Shown here piece after piece: positions 12,741 to 24,792 of a stretch of 64,000 nucleotides of DNA. This stretch comes from Eledone cirrhosa. Taxonomy: Eukaryota. The notes beneath the pieces are model-generated. The model worked only from the letters and a program-made list of their open reading frames with translations. It made no database searches and was not told the origin of the DNA. The first letter of the stretch is position 1, and each line of letters starts with the position of its first letter. The stretch covers positions 3,906,001-3,970,000 of the forward strand of contig OZ024747.1 of the NCBI GenBank assembly GCA_964016885.1, written 5' to 3'. The translations under genes were made by a program, and so were the position numbers.

Positions 12741-13353
12741 GATCTGTTTGTGTTGTTTTATAACACTTCAAATATTTTATGGGAGGAATGACAAACGATT
12801 TTGATTTTGTGATAGTTTGAAGTTGCAATCATTTATCAATCTATTTAATGTTGTTAATAACTAGCAGATCTGTTTTAAGTATATGATGTCCTGTCAGCAA
12901 GATGGATGTTTTCAATCATAGACCTGTCAGTGTTGTTAGAAAAGACATCTATTTTTATAACAGAAATTGCTATCTTTTACAGGCCTTACTTTTGCTAATG
13001 ATCTTAATAGATCTATTTTAAGAATCTTAATATTGGTTAGAGATAAGACATATGTTAAGAATTTGTTGATTATTTTTAACACCACAACCACACAATCACC
13101 ACTACACCACTACTACACCACAACCCCACTACCACAACTACATCACCACAACCCCACCACCACTACACCACCACTAGGTGGATGTCTTTATCAAAGTCCT
13201 TATTCTTGTAAGCATTCTATCCATGCCTCAGGTTAAATATCTTTTTCTCATGTTCTTAAAAAGGTCATAGTTGCTGACAAAATTATAATATGGCAAATTT
13301 AAATATCATAGAAGGAAGAACTAATAGTACAAAACCATGGGGTGGGGAGGTGC

Positions 13354-13637
13354 CAGAGCCGGATTTAAGGGGTGGGGGCAAAGGGAGCAATTGCCCCTGG
13401 CCCCCGACAGTTAGGTCCCCATTAGCAATGGCCGTAATAATTTATTTGTGCATTGAACTGGACTTTTTAGTTTTAGGTTTTAGGATGGTTAGAATTTTTT
13501 AATTTAATACCTGTAGGTATAACTTTTCAATTCCAATTACTTGTGCCAAGTTAACTTTGATATGTAAAATTGGGGGTTTGCTGTGTATTCTAATTATTTA
13601 TGTATGAGGGGCCTGCCAAGGTCTAAATCCCACCATG
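13354..13637. mobile_element. hAT-like non-autonomous element
   Basis: CAGAGCCGGATTTAAG...CTAAATCCCACCATG imperfect TIRs and the shared internal family motifs. Confidence 0.55.
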
Positions 13638-13738
13638 GGTGGTTCTCCCTATATTGTGGAGTACAGTATTAATCTTCGTTGTTCTATTGTGATTATTTTT
13701 GAATAAGTCATTTACTGTGTTATTTTTTGTTATTTGAT

Positions 13739-13950
13739 TTAACCCTTTAGCATTTAAACTGGCCATATCCGGCTAGAATTCTCTCACCTGCTACTGTTTA
13801 AACTGGCCGCTGGTACTGATTAAGGTATTGTTCTCAAAATAATTACTATCACAATCTCATAGATTCGATATTATGTAAGATAAATATGTAAGATAAATCC
13901 TTTACCACAAAAATAGTAAATATAGAGTAATGTAAATGCTAAAGGGTTAA
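13739..13950. mobile_element. piggyBac-type MITE
   Basis: TTAA-CCCTTTAGCATTTA ... TAAATGCTAAAGGG-TTAA: perfect 14-bp TIRs with a TTAA target duplication. Confidence 0.85.
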
Positions 13951-14234
13951 GACAGTAAACAAGTTTCTGTAAATCTCCTCAGATAACTCAAGATACTTAG
14001 GGACTCTCCACATATCATAACCAATAGCATTTGTCTTGCTTCATTTTTTATGCTTGTTTAAATACAACATTTTAGCCTTGAGGTTAGGTACTTTAAAATA
14101 TCTCTGATAAAAAGGAGATATTCAAGGCAAATCTGTTAACCATGATATAATCCTGGCAAATAATTCCAGTAGGAATTTATAAAAGTAAAGGTCATCATGG
14201 GAATTGTTGTGTTTTACCAACACATTATAAAGTG

Positions 14235-14400
14235 GACAGTTGGATTAACAATTGTGGGATTGTGAGTTTTCATGGACCAGGTAATGCGTTCTGTTCTTGA
14301 GCAAGACACTTTATTTCATACTGTTCAAGTTCACTCAGCTGTAAAAATGAGCAGCAATGTCTCAGGTGCCAAGCTGTATAAGCCTTTGCCTTGTTTAAAC
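14235..14400 (+). mobile_element. Second SINE type (Meta-domain-like core) that seeds the adjacent satellite
   Basis: CTTGAGCAAGACACTTTATTTCA...TCACTCAGCTGTAAAAATGAG. A related copy lies on minus at 23630-23785. Confidence 0.6.
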
Positions 14401-16472
14401 TGTAGAAATGAGCAGCAATGTCTCAGGTGCCAAGCTGTATCAGACTTTGCCTTGTTTAAACTGTAGAAATGAGTTGCAATGTCTCAGGTGCCAAGCTGTA
14501 TCAGACTTTGCTTGTTTAAACTATAGAAATGAGTTGCAATGTCTCAGGTGCCAAGCTGTATCAGACTTTGCCTTGTTTAAACTGTAGAAATGAGTTGCAA
14601 TGTCTCAGGTGCCAAGCTGTATCAGACTTTGCCTTGTTTAAACTGTAGAAATGAGTTGCAATGTCTCAGGTGCCAAGCTGTATCAGACTTTGCCTTGTTT
14701 AAACTGTAGAAATGAGTTGCAATGTCTCAGGTGCCAAGCTGTATCAGACTTTGCCTTGTTTAAACTGTAGAAATGAGTTGCAATGTCTCAGGTGCCAAGC
14801 TGTATCAGACTTTGCCTTGTTTAAACTGTAGAAATGAGTTGCAATGTCTCAGGTGCCAAGCTGTATCAGACTTTGCCTTGTTTAAACTGTAGAAATGAGT
14901 TGCAATGTCTCAGGTGCCAAGCTGTATCAGACTTTGCCTTGTTTAAACTGTAGAAATGAGTTGCAATGTCTCAGGTGCCAAGCTGTATCAGACTTTGCCT
15001 TGTTTAAACTGTAGAAATGAGTTGCAATGTCTCAGGTGCCGAGCTGTATCAGACTTTGCCTTGTTTAAACTATAGAAATGAGTTGCAATGTCTCAGGTGC
15101 CAAGCTGTATCAGACTTTGCCTTGTTTAAACTGTAGAAATGAGTTGCAATGTCTCAGGTGTCGAGCTGTATCAGACTTTGCCTTGTTTAAACTGTAGAAA
15201 TGAGTTGCAATGTCTCAGGTGCCAAGCTGTATCAGCCTTTGCCTTGTTTAAACTGTAGAAATGAGTTGCAATGTCTCAGGTGCCAAGCTGTATCAGCCTT
15301 TGCCTTGTTTAAACTGTAGAAATGAGTTGCAATGTCTCAGGTTCCAAGCTGTATCAGACTTTGCCTTGTTTAAACTGTAGAAATGAGCAGCAATGTCTCA
15401 GGTGCCAAGCTGTATCAGCCTTTGCCTTGTTTAAACTGTAGAAATGAGTTGCAATGTCTCAGGTGCCAAGCTGTATCAGCCTTTGCCTTGTTTAAACTGT
15501 AGAAATGAGTTGCAATGTCTCAGGTGCCAAGCTGTATCAGACTTTGCCTTGTTTAAACTGTAGAAATGAGTTGCAATGTCTCAGGTGTCGAGCTGTATCA
15601 GACTTTGCCTTGTTTAAACTGTAGAAATGAGTTGCAATGTCTCAGGTGCCAAGCTGTATCAGACTTTGCCTTGTTTAAACTGTAGAAATGAGTTGCAATG
15701 TCTCAGGTGCCAAGCTGTATCAGACTTTGCCTTGTTTAAACTGTAGAAATGAGTTGCAATGTCTCAGGTGCCAAGCTGTATCAGACTTTGCCTTGTTTAA
15801 ACTGTAGAAATGAGCAGCAATGTCTCAGGTGCCAAGCTGTATCAGCCTTTGCCTTGTTTAAACTGTAGAAATGAGTTGCAATGTCTCAGGTGCCAAGCTG
15901 TATCAGACTTTGCCTTGTTTAAACTGTAGAAATGAGCAGCAATGTCTCAGGTGCCAAGCTGTATCAGCCTTTGCCTTGTTTAAACTGTAGAAATGAGCAG
16001 CAATGTCTCAGGTGCCAAGCTGTATCAGACTTTGCCTTGTTTAAACTGTAGAAATGAGCAGCAATGTCTCAGGTGCCAAGCTGTATCAGACTTTGCCTTG
16101 TTTAAACTGTAGAAATGAGTTGCAATGTCTCAGGTGCCAAGCTGTATCAGACTTTGCCTTGTTTAAACTGTAGAAATGAGTTGCAATGTCTCAGGTGCCA
16201 AGCTGTATCAGACTTTGCTTTGTTTAAACTGTAGAAATGAGTTGCAATGTCTCAGGTGCCAAGCTGTATCAGACTTTGCCTTGTTTAAACTGTAGAAATG
16301 AGTTGCAATGTCTCAGGTGCCAAGCTGTATCAGACTTTGCCTTGTTTAAACTGTAGAAATGAGTTGCAATGTCTCAGGTGCCAAGCTGTATCAGACTTTG
16401 CCTTGTTTAAACTGTAGAAATGAGTTGTAATGTCTCAGGTGCCAAGCTGTATCAGCCTTTGCCTTGTTTAAA
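14339..16472 (+). repeat. Tandem array of 35 x 61 bp (CTGTAGAAATGAGTTGCAATGTCTCAGGTGCCAAGCTGTATCAGACTTTGCCTTGTTTAAA)
   Basis: Directly visible, near-identical units with no spacers. Confidence 0.97.
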
Positions 16473-16514
16473 CTCGTGAATATGGCGCAACAGAGAGAGG
16501 AAATGCTATCAGAA

Positions 16515-16745
16515 CATTTACCAAGAAAACATCTTAATAAAGAAGCACAGAGAGGCAACATTTAAACAGTGTGATATTGAGTAAAGTTGACATGATAAAT
16601 CAGGGACCAATAATGTTGGTGATTCTTTTTGGATCTTATCCAGACTCTCAATGTACACAGCAGAACCATCAGACCAAATGTGGCAGCAGTACTCAATACA
16701 AGAACGAATGGTAGATTTATAAAGATAGATATTTTTTTGCATGAC
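16515..16745 (-). mobile_element. Degenerate CR1/Jockey-group LINE RT C-terminal fragment
   Basis: [18 protein letters not shown]...SLDKIQK...[11 protein letters not shown] resembles the LYK..IRP.MEY...W / LD.IQ / HRR.VASL pattern. Confidence 0.7.
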
Positions 16746-16881
16746 AGAGTGAACCAATTTTTCTGTTTGTTAAAATAAAAAAATAGAGATTTGATAAAAG
16801 AGCTGAATATTATTTTATAAGGAAGAAGAGAATGATATATATATATATGGGTATATATATATATACAGTATATATATATAC

Positions 16882-16914
<33 letters not shown>

Positions 16915-16961
16915 CATATATACATATATATGTATATACATATATATACACATATATATAC

Positions 16962-17027
<66 letters not shown>

Positions 17028-17229
17028 TTGCTTTAGCTGAAAGCTAACTTATTTACAAAAGATCTATCATTTCAGCTTACAAATCACTGGAATAATGTGA
17101 AAAGAAGACAAAGGTTCTGAATATATAGAAATTCAGAGAAATATGGAGGGTTTTGTTTAACTACTACTGTTTGTATGTGTATTGTTTAAATGTAGGAAGT
17201 TAAATTCTGCAAATATTTAAAATTAGTTG

Positions 17230-17660
17230 AATTATGGTGGGAGAGAATATGATATAAAATGTTGATATTGTATAAACTAATTGTACAACCTCAAAGGGAA
17301 AATACAATATTTTATATGATATCTAGTTAAACTAGCAAAGATGAACAGTTTCATGAAGGAGAAAGGGGAAATTAAGGGAAGCTATGTCAACCGCAAGAAT
17401 TATAAGTATATTGTTATATAAATTAGAATGAAAATAAGAATTATTTAAGCATAGTAGTGGTTGATAAATCGATGGTATTTATATTGCTTTTAGGAGTTTT
17501 CTATGAGAAAACTGTCAGGTAATATATATCTCTCTGGAATTGTGATTAATGTTATGTATTGTGGATAGGGGAAGTGTTGTAGGAAAACTATATAGGCATA
17601 ATGTTAGAGTTACAAAGGTTGAGAATGAATAGGAATTTAGATACAAAATTAATGTGGGAT
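17230..17660. repeat. Unclassified dispersed repeat; inverted copy at 22612-23065
   Basis: GTATTGTGGATAGGGGAAGTGTTGTAGGAAAACTA versus TAGTTTTCCTACAACACTTCCCCTATCCACAATAC, with similarity extending about 430 bp. Confidence 0.8.
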
Positions 17661-17754
17661 ATTAAGGTTTCACAAATTATATATATTGTAGAATCTGGTT
17701 TAATATTAACAGTATGTTATCAAGCTGTAGAAAATAAAATTTTATTTTTAACTA

Positions 17755-17970
17755 CTGCTGGACAGATTTTATGGGCAAACCAAGTGGTAGGACACCAAGT
17801 GGTAGAACACCCAGGGGTAGACTCCCAAGCAAGATGGTCAGATAACATTGATGTGCTTGGCTGGTCTCCATTGAGGATCCACCCAGATGAGTTGGTAATG
17901 GTTGATTCTGACAGGACCCACTAGAAGGAGAGTTTGACGACTCGGCCTCCATCACCCTCTCAAACATAAA
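17755..17970 (+). mobile_element. RTE-like LINE 3' fragment (third lineage; also 29890-30097 and 63350-63500 on minus)
   Basis: ARWSDNIDVLGW...SDRTH fits the RW.D.I...DR..W LINE C-terminus; three homologous copies. Confidence 0.6.
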
Positions 17971-18073
17971 TGCAAAATTTTATCTAGAAATACAAAATGT
18001 GACTCCATGGTGAGATAGTGTGCAGTAGGAATTATATATATATATTGGAAAATGTGTGAGATCCTTGGTACAG

Positions 18074-18316
18074 TATATTTGAAAAAAAAAGGGAAAATAA
18101 TTTGATTTACTTTTATAATATTATAATAATATGAGTTAGTAGATCTAGTAAGTTCTTTGTTAACTTCGGTGGGAATAATTATAAAGATTCCTGGTTAACT
18201 TTCTTGGAGAACTTTCTTGCATTCATCGGTGGTGATTGTCAAACTCATATTATTATATTATAAAATTAAATCAAATTATTTAGAACTACAAGTGAAGTCA
18301 TTCTTTTCCTTTTTTT

Positions 18317-18324
<8 letters not shown>
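18074..18324. mobile_element. Decayed fold-back element next to (TA)n
   Basis: Arms 18074-18137 and 18242-18324 (the right arm has an insertion). CCGATGA lies on minus in the loop. Confidence 0.55.
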
Positions 18325-18357
<33 letters not shown>

Positions 18358-18360
18358 TGA

Positions 18361-18468
18361 TAATTGTTTCTACTTTTGGCACAAGGCCAGCAATTACCCA
18401 GTGCATTACTGGTACTTTATTTTATCGACCCCGTAAGGATGAAAGGCAAAGTTAACCTCGGCGGGATT
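18361..18468 (-). mobile_element. SINE 3' part
   Basis: CTGGTACTTTATTTTATCGACCCCGTAAGGATGAAAGGCAAAG. Confidence 0.8.
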
Positions 18469-18733
18469 ATATATATACTGATAATGTACTATTCCTCTCT
18501 CAATGCTTCTTTCTCAATGACTCTTTAATTATTAGACTATTCTCTTGTATTATCTGTTGCATGTATTCCACTCTGTGTTTTTAATTTGAATTATTGTACA
18601 ATTCTCGTATAATATATGTCGCATCCAGTACACCCTGTAAATACGAAACTGTTGCTCACAACATCAATATATATGTATCTATATGATTGTTCAGTTGAAT
18701 AGGAGGTTAATTGTATGTACAAACATTGATAAT

Positions 18734-18778
18734 GCTCCGATGATTCCAAACGAAAGTTTGGAAGAAACGATTGTCAGC
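18734..18778 (+). ncRNA. Minimal type I hammerhead ribozyme (CCGAUGA core) in a PLE-type terminus related to the 39484-40647 element
   Basis: GCT-CCGATGA-TTCCAAAC-gaaa-GTTTGGAA-GAAAC-GATT-GTC-AGC. The downstream tail CTGCTCTGTAAA...CTTACTGGTAATAAGGTAGTA matches 39420-39482 on minus. Confidence 0.8.
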
Positions 18779-19541
18779 TATTAAATGATTGATCACAACT
18801 TTGATAATTGTCTAATTTATTTTCCTGCTCTGTAAAACAACTGATGTTCTTACATTGAGCTATTTCTCTTACTGGTAATAAGGTAGTAGGAAATTACTGA
18901 CCTTTCCTGTTTATAGTTGTTTATAGTATATACATAACTATACATAGTATTATTATATATATATAGCGTGTCTGTGTGTGTGTGTGTGTGCTCCTGTGGG
19001 TACAGAAGGAGTAAGAGATAAAGACAAAAAGTTACACAAACACTATTACAGTTTGCAACAATAATATTAAACTACAAAACTATACTCTATACTTCACAGT
19101 TAATAATTATATTAACTGTATTATTTATCGTTTATAATCAACGGTAAAAGCTTTAACATTTTTTCTACGTTTCTTTACTGTTCATAATTTTTTTACTGTA
19201 AATTTTAAACGTTTTTCATGTTTATTTATTCCATTTCGTACATAAAAACACAAATTTATGTAATATATATAAGGAATATTAAATATTCAAAAGAAACAAA
19301 TCAATAGAAATCAATCAAAGAAAAAGAAAGTAGCATTGCTAAAAGACTATAAACGAGAGGAAAATGAAGGACAGGACAAATCTTTAGCGTTATAGTAGAA
19401 CGCTATGATAACCACGTGACTTGACACATAATTTGCTTTTATCTTTTCTTTTTGGTAGAATATTATTCGTGAACATTGAAGTGCGGTTTATATTTGTTAA
19501 TTAGTAATTTCTCTTCATTTATGTTTTATTATTCGGTGATG

Positions 19542-19982
19542 TAGGGTGGTGGTTTGGCAGAATCGGTAGAGGGTCGGACGCCATGTTTTGCAGCATAGAG
19601 TAACGGCCCTTTATGATCTGAGATCAAATCCCACCGAGGTTAACTTTGCCTTTCATCCTTACAGTGTCGATAAAATAAAGTACCAGTAAGGTACTAGGGT
19701 CGATTTAATCGACTTTCTCCTCCCCAAACATTGCTGGCCTTGTGCCTATATAAGAAACCATTATTCGATGATGTAGGGCGGTGGTTTGGCAGCATCGTTA
19801 GAGCGTCAGACACCATGCTTTGCAGCATGGCCCATCATGATCTCAGTTCAAATCCCGTCAAGGTTAACTTTGCCTGTCATCCTTACGGGGTCGATACAAT
19901 AAAGCACCAGTAACGTAGTGGGGTCGATTTAATCGACTTTCCCCTCCCCAAAATCACTGGCTTGTGCCTATACTAGAAATCA
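19542..19982 (+). mobile_element. Two full-length tRNA-derived SINEs in tandem
   Basis: Each starts AGGG(T/C)GGTGGTTTGGCAG. TTATTCG(G/A)TGATGT occurs before, between and after them. Confidence 0.85.
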
Positions 19983-20148
19983 TTATTCGGTGATGTCATC
20001 TGAAAATTGATAAATTTGAGACATTTTGGAATAGAGAAAGTTTCTCCCAGCGTTTTTTTTTTTCATGTCTACTCAGTGGAATCTTTCTTGTATTTATATC
20101 CCGGATTTGTTATCGATGGACGGTTATTTATTTTCGTGGACTATTGCT

Positions 20149-20502
20149 CAGATGGTGGATGAGTGTTACACGAGAATGCTGAGGATGGTTCTGAACATTA
20201 ATCAGTATACACTGAAGATGAAGAACTCAGAGCTGTACGGGAGTCTCCCAAAAGTCAGTTCGAAAGTGACACAGAAGCTCAACATGCTCTCCGACATCCA
20301 GAGTTGACACTGCATTCAGTGCTCCTGTGGGAGCCCTTGCATGGACACACTGGAAGAGGAAGACCGAGGTTAACATATGTTGATGCCCTAAGGACAGTCA
20401 CTGGTCTCTTGGAGATGAAGGACATGGCAGCAATAATGAGGGACAGAGACCGTTGGAGAGAACTCGTCTGTGGATCTCGGAAATTTTACCCGCCCTAGAT
20501 AG
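20149..20502 (+). mobile_element. RTE-clade LINE 3' end (same family as 9635-10122, not inverted)
   Basis: High similarity to the 9635 copy, TAGATAG tail, ATTGCT duplicated at 20143 and 20503. Confidence 0.85.
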
Positions 20503-21216
20503 ATTGCTTGTTATTATTCTGGTGTAATTTTATTCACACATACAGCCCTTAAAACAGACTATATTACCAAATGAACATGTGAAAATATTTTCAAGTTTAA
20601 AAGTTCGTCCATTTTTGAATTTAACTTCCGAGCCTTCCAGCAGATATTCACATATTCCGTAATTAGGTTTTCCACATTTTCTTACGTACTCTTGGATTGA
20701 ACGTTTGCACTCGTGAATAATTTTTTCAAATTTATTGTTTGTCGTTTGCTCTTTATAATTTGTTGAATCTCTAAGATATTTTCCTCTTTTAATAAAACAA
20801 AAAACAAAATGGATATATTCAAAACAATGTGATTATAAATTCCTCCGATTGAATGTTGATATAAATTGAGGTGTGTTTTATTTTAGTTTATTCATTTATT
20901 TATCTATTTATTTTTTATCTTACGTAAATTGGATGAACATAATTCCCGGACTGAAAGAAAGGAAGAAGACAACTCCAGGTCAGCAGAAATAATTAAAAGT
21001 AGAATGGTATTTCTCTGGAATAAAAACATTTCCCGACGAAAATTCGCATTTTAGGACATGCTTTCAAACGCCAACAAAGCTGACGTCTATGCAAAATGTT
21101 AAAATTCCACTCCACTGGTCTTACCTAGAAAATTGCAAGTCAAACCAATTAAGGAGGAAGAAAAGAAGCAATACACACACACACATATTTTTTTTCCTGG
21201 GGTATATATATATATA

Positions 21217-21397
21217 ATTGTTTCTACTTTTTGGCACAAAGCCAGCAATTACCCAGTACATTACTGGTACTTTATTTTATCGACCCCGTAAGGATGAAAG
21301 GCAAAGTTAACCTCGGCGGGATTTGAGCTTAGAATGACAAGGACCATAACTCTATGCGTCAAAGCAGGGCGTTCGACCCTCTACCGATACTGCCAAT
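21217..21397 (-). mobile_element. tRNA-derived SINE
   Basis: Reverse complement of the SINE consensus. Confidence 0.8.
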
Positions 21398-21524
21398 AGT
21401 GTGAAGATGTGGAACCGACGGGCTTGGATTTAGATCTAGGGGACCCGGGGCACTTCAGGTTTGGAGGACCCCTTATTACACAAACAATTAGAATACACAG
21501 CAAACTCCCCAATTTTACATATCA

Positions 21525-21895
21525 GATACGGTGATGGACAAACTTTTAATTATAAAAACACTTTCAGATGTTCGTCTGGAATCTCGTCCATGTTTTAACA
21601 TTCTGCGGATGTGAATCAAATTACATTGGAAAAACTAGCAACAATATACAAAAACCTAACCGTTCGCCAACAACGAATCTAAGATGCCATGGAATGGAAT
21701 TTCCCCAATTTCAGAATTTTTCAAATTTATTAATTTTCAAATGACAGAATTTAACAACAAATAATAAACAAAGAGATATCAATACATAAATATAAGCAAC
21801 ATTTAAATATTTAAATATTTCGCCCAAAACACACTTTTCAAGTCACGTGACTATCAAAGAATTCTACTGTGATCTCAAAGATTAAACGTTATTTA
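21525..21895 (+). pseudogene. Neptune-type PLE GIY-YIG remnant and 3' UTR
   Basis: GQTFNYKNTFRCSS / NLVHVLTFCGCESNYIGKTSN / LTVRQQRI / IHKYKQHLNI*. The 3' UTR CAAGTCACGTGACTATCA matches the minus copy near 19413. Confidence 0.75.
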
Positions 21896-22424
21896 TTTCA
21901 CAACAAGAACTTACGAATAGCGAAGTCAAGAAGAAAATGTTCTACATTTTCACTATAACAGAGGTTTTGAAAGTGGGTGTTACCGCCACCCGTGGACGTT
22001 GATGAGGAGCAGGTTAGGCCTTGGGGCTTAAGTTGATGGTAAAGAGACACTATAAATACATAATATTATTAAAGTATTGTATATATATGATATAATACCC
22101 GCATGAAATCGTTTTTCTCACTGTTTAACATATTAGTGTGCTTTCCTTTAAGCATGATACTGGTTTTCCTTAATGATACTGGCTTAATTAAAGCATTGAG
22201 TGAGTGGGAAAATGATCGAAGGTATATCGGTCCTATTCGATAACTTCGTTAACTTTGCCTTTCATCCTTAAGGGGTCGATAAAACAAAGTAGCAGTAATG
22301 TAGTGGGCTAATTACTGGCCTTGTGCCAAGAGTAGAAAAATTCATTATTATATACTAACTACCTACGTCAGACCTCTGCCTTTCTTTCATTGTTCTATGC
22401 GCAAGCACACATACACACACACAC

Positions 22425-22477
<53 letters not shown>

Positions 22478-22611
22478 TATAAGTTACCAACAGTGTTTTC
22501 TAGTAATTGTTTCTACTTTTAGTACGTAACCAGCAATCTGAAAGGGAGGAGAAAGTCGATTAAATCGATCTCAGTGCATTACTGGTAGTTTATTGTATCG
22601 ACTCCATTTGT

Positions 22612-23065
22612 ATCAAACCTTAATATCCCACATTAACTTTGTAACTAAATTCCTATTCATTCTCAGCCTATCAACAGCTCTGTAACTCTAACATTGTCTA
22701 GATAGTTTTCCTACAACACTTCCCCTATCCACAATACAAAACATTAATCACAATTCCAGAGAGATATATATTACCTGACAGTTTTCTTATAGAAAACTGT
22801 TAAAAGCAATATAAATACCAACAATTTATCAACCACTACTATGAATAAATAATTCTAATTTCCTTATCTTATTTTTATTCTAATTTATATAACATTGTAT
22901 TTGCAGTTTCTACACTCACCCTAGCTTCCCCTAATTTCCCTTTTCTACTTCATAAGGTCATTCCTAACTAGACTTCTTATAAAATATTCCATTTTCATAG
23001 ATTTTCTTTTAGATGTTATACAATATCAACTTTTCATATCATATTCTCTCTCACCCTGATTTAAC
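22612..23065. repeat. Inverted partner of the 17230-17660 repeat
   Basis: See 17230. Confidence 0.8.
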
Positions 23066-23169
23066 TTCTTCGACATCGTCTTCTACTTACATATATATAT
23101 ACACATATAAAAGTATTGCACACACACACATATATAGTGTAGACATTACAGTACAATGGGAGGAAACAT

Positions 23170-23412
23170 AATAGTACCACTGATGTGACAGATGTGTGAC
23201 AAAAGAACTTTGATAGACTAGATATAGATATATTTATATCTGTATTTTTAACCGTTGGTCAATCAATGCTAAACATTGATTGCCAGATAAATTAACTGTG
23301 GAGATGTAAAAGATACAGAAGCGAAAACCAATCTAAACCAAACGGTGAATGTGTTCTGTTATTACTTCTGGCAATATTATAACAATATGACCCTCCCCAA
23401 ATATAACAATTT
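23170..23412 (+). mobile_element. PLE-type terminus with a decayed hammerhead (family of 29297-29468 and 60240-60445)
   Basis: CTGATGT...GTGTGACAAAAGAACTTTGA...ATGACCCTCCCCAAATATAACAAT is shared with the 60240 copy. Confidence 0.6.
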
Positions 23413-23444
23413 ATATATATAACAATATGTATATATATATATAT

Positions 23445-23785
23445 CATCATCATCATTTCATTTTATGTCCGCTTTTTCCCTGCTTGCAAGGGTGGGACGG
23501 GAACTGATGCTGGCTTGATTTCTACAGCTGGATGCCCTTCCTAACACCAACCTCATTTACAGTGAGTGCTGGGTGCTTTTTTGCCGTGGCACCTCCACGA
23601 CCACTTTGCAGTGGAATGATATGGACCCCAGTCCTTATCATCTCATTTCTACAGGTGAGTAAACTGGAGCAATGTGAAATAAAGCATCTTGCTCAAGGAA
23701 ACAATACATCACCCGGTCTGAGAATTAAACTCACAACCTTTCGATTGCAAGGCCAATGCTCTAACCACTAGGGCATGTGCCTCAA
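23445..23785 (-). mobile_element. RTE 3' UTR fragment fused to a Meta-like SINE
   Basis: (CAT)n then CTGGATGCCCTTCCTAACACCAACC, followed by GAAATAAAGCATCTTGCTCAAGG...CTCTAACCACTAG. Confidence 0.65.
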
Positions 23786-23921
23786 TATATATATATATTG
23801 AAATATTGAATGTCTGCATAACTAAAAGTTTGTAGATAGCAGCTGTTTTAGGTTATGTAACTGTTATAGAAACACGTGTCAATAAATTCCTTTCAACTAA
23901 ACTGTATCCATTCAAATCTTT

Positions 23922-23963
23922 CTATATATATATATTATATATATATTATATATATATATTATA

Positions 23964-24006
<43 letters not shown>

Positions 24007-24012
24007 ATATAT

Positions 24013-24044
<32 letters not shown>

Positions 24045-24128
24045 ATATATATATTATATATTATATATATATATATTATATATATATATATTATATATTA
24101 TATATATATATATTATATATATATATAT

Positions 24129-24162
<34 letters not shown>

Positions 24163-24206
24163 ATATATATTATATATATATATATATATTATATATATAT
24201 ATATTA

Positions 24207-24253
<47 letters not shown>

Positions 24254-24710
24254 ATATATTATATATATTATATATATATATATATTATATATATATTATA
24301 TATATTATATATATATATATATTATATATATTATATATATATATATATTATATATATATTATATATATATATATATTATATATATATTATATATATATAT
24401 ATTATATATATATATATTATATATTATATATATTATATATATTATATATATATATATATTATATATTATATATATATATATATTATATATTATATATATA
24501 TATATATTATATATATTATATATTATATATATATATATTTATATATTATATATATATATATTTATATATTATATATATATATATTTATATATTATATATA
24601 TATATATTATATATATTATATATATTTATATATTATATATATATATATTTATATATTATATATATATATATTTATATATTATATATATATATATTTATAT
24701 ATTATATATA

Positions 24711-24742
<32 letters not shown>

Positions 24743-24792
24743 TATTTATATATATATTATATATATAAAAATATTTATATATTATATATATA
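23922..24792. repeat. Long interrupted (TA)n tract of about 870 bp
   Basis: Directly visible. Confidence 0.95.

Larger units (their letters stand above)
19463..20950 (-). pseudogene. Neptune-type PLE linker, Zn-knuckle and GIY-YIG remnant, split by an RTE fragment and a SINE dimer
   Basis: Minus-strand pieces: PQFISTFNRRN; IIKSKRQTINLKKLFTSA; KCGKPNYGICEYLLEGSEVKFKNGRTF...TC; ITVHR*QIRDINTRKIPLSRH; EKLLINKYKPHFN. Confidence 0.75.

Noticed and set aside
14339-16472. CRISPR-like array
   Set aside because: Units are contiguous with no unique spacers, there are no cas genes, and the context is eukaryotic.
19413-21849. CACGTG boxes as a host bidirectional promoter, and apparent minus-strand exons at 20680-21130
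   Set aside because: The boxes and most of these apparent exons fall inside PLE remnants.
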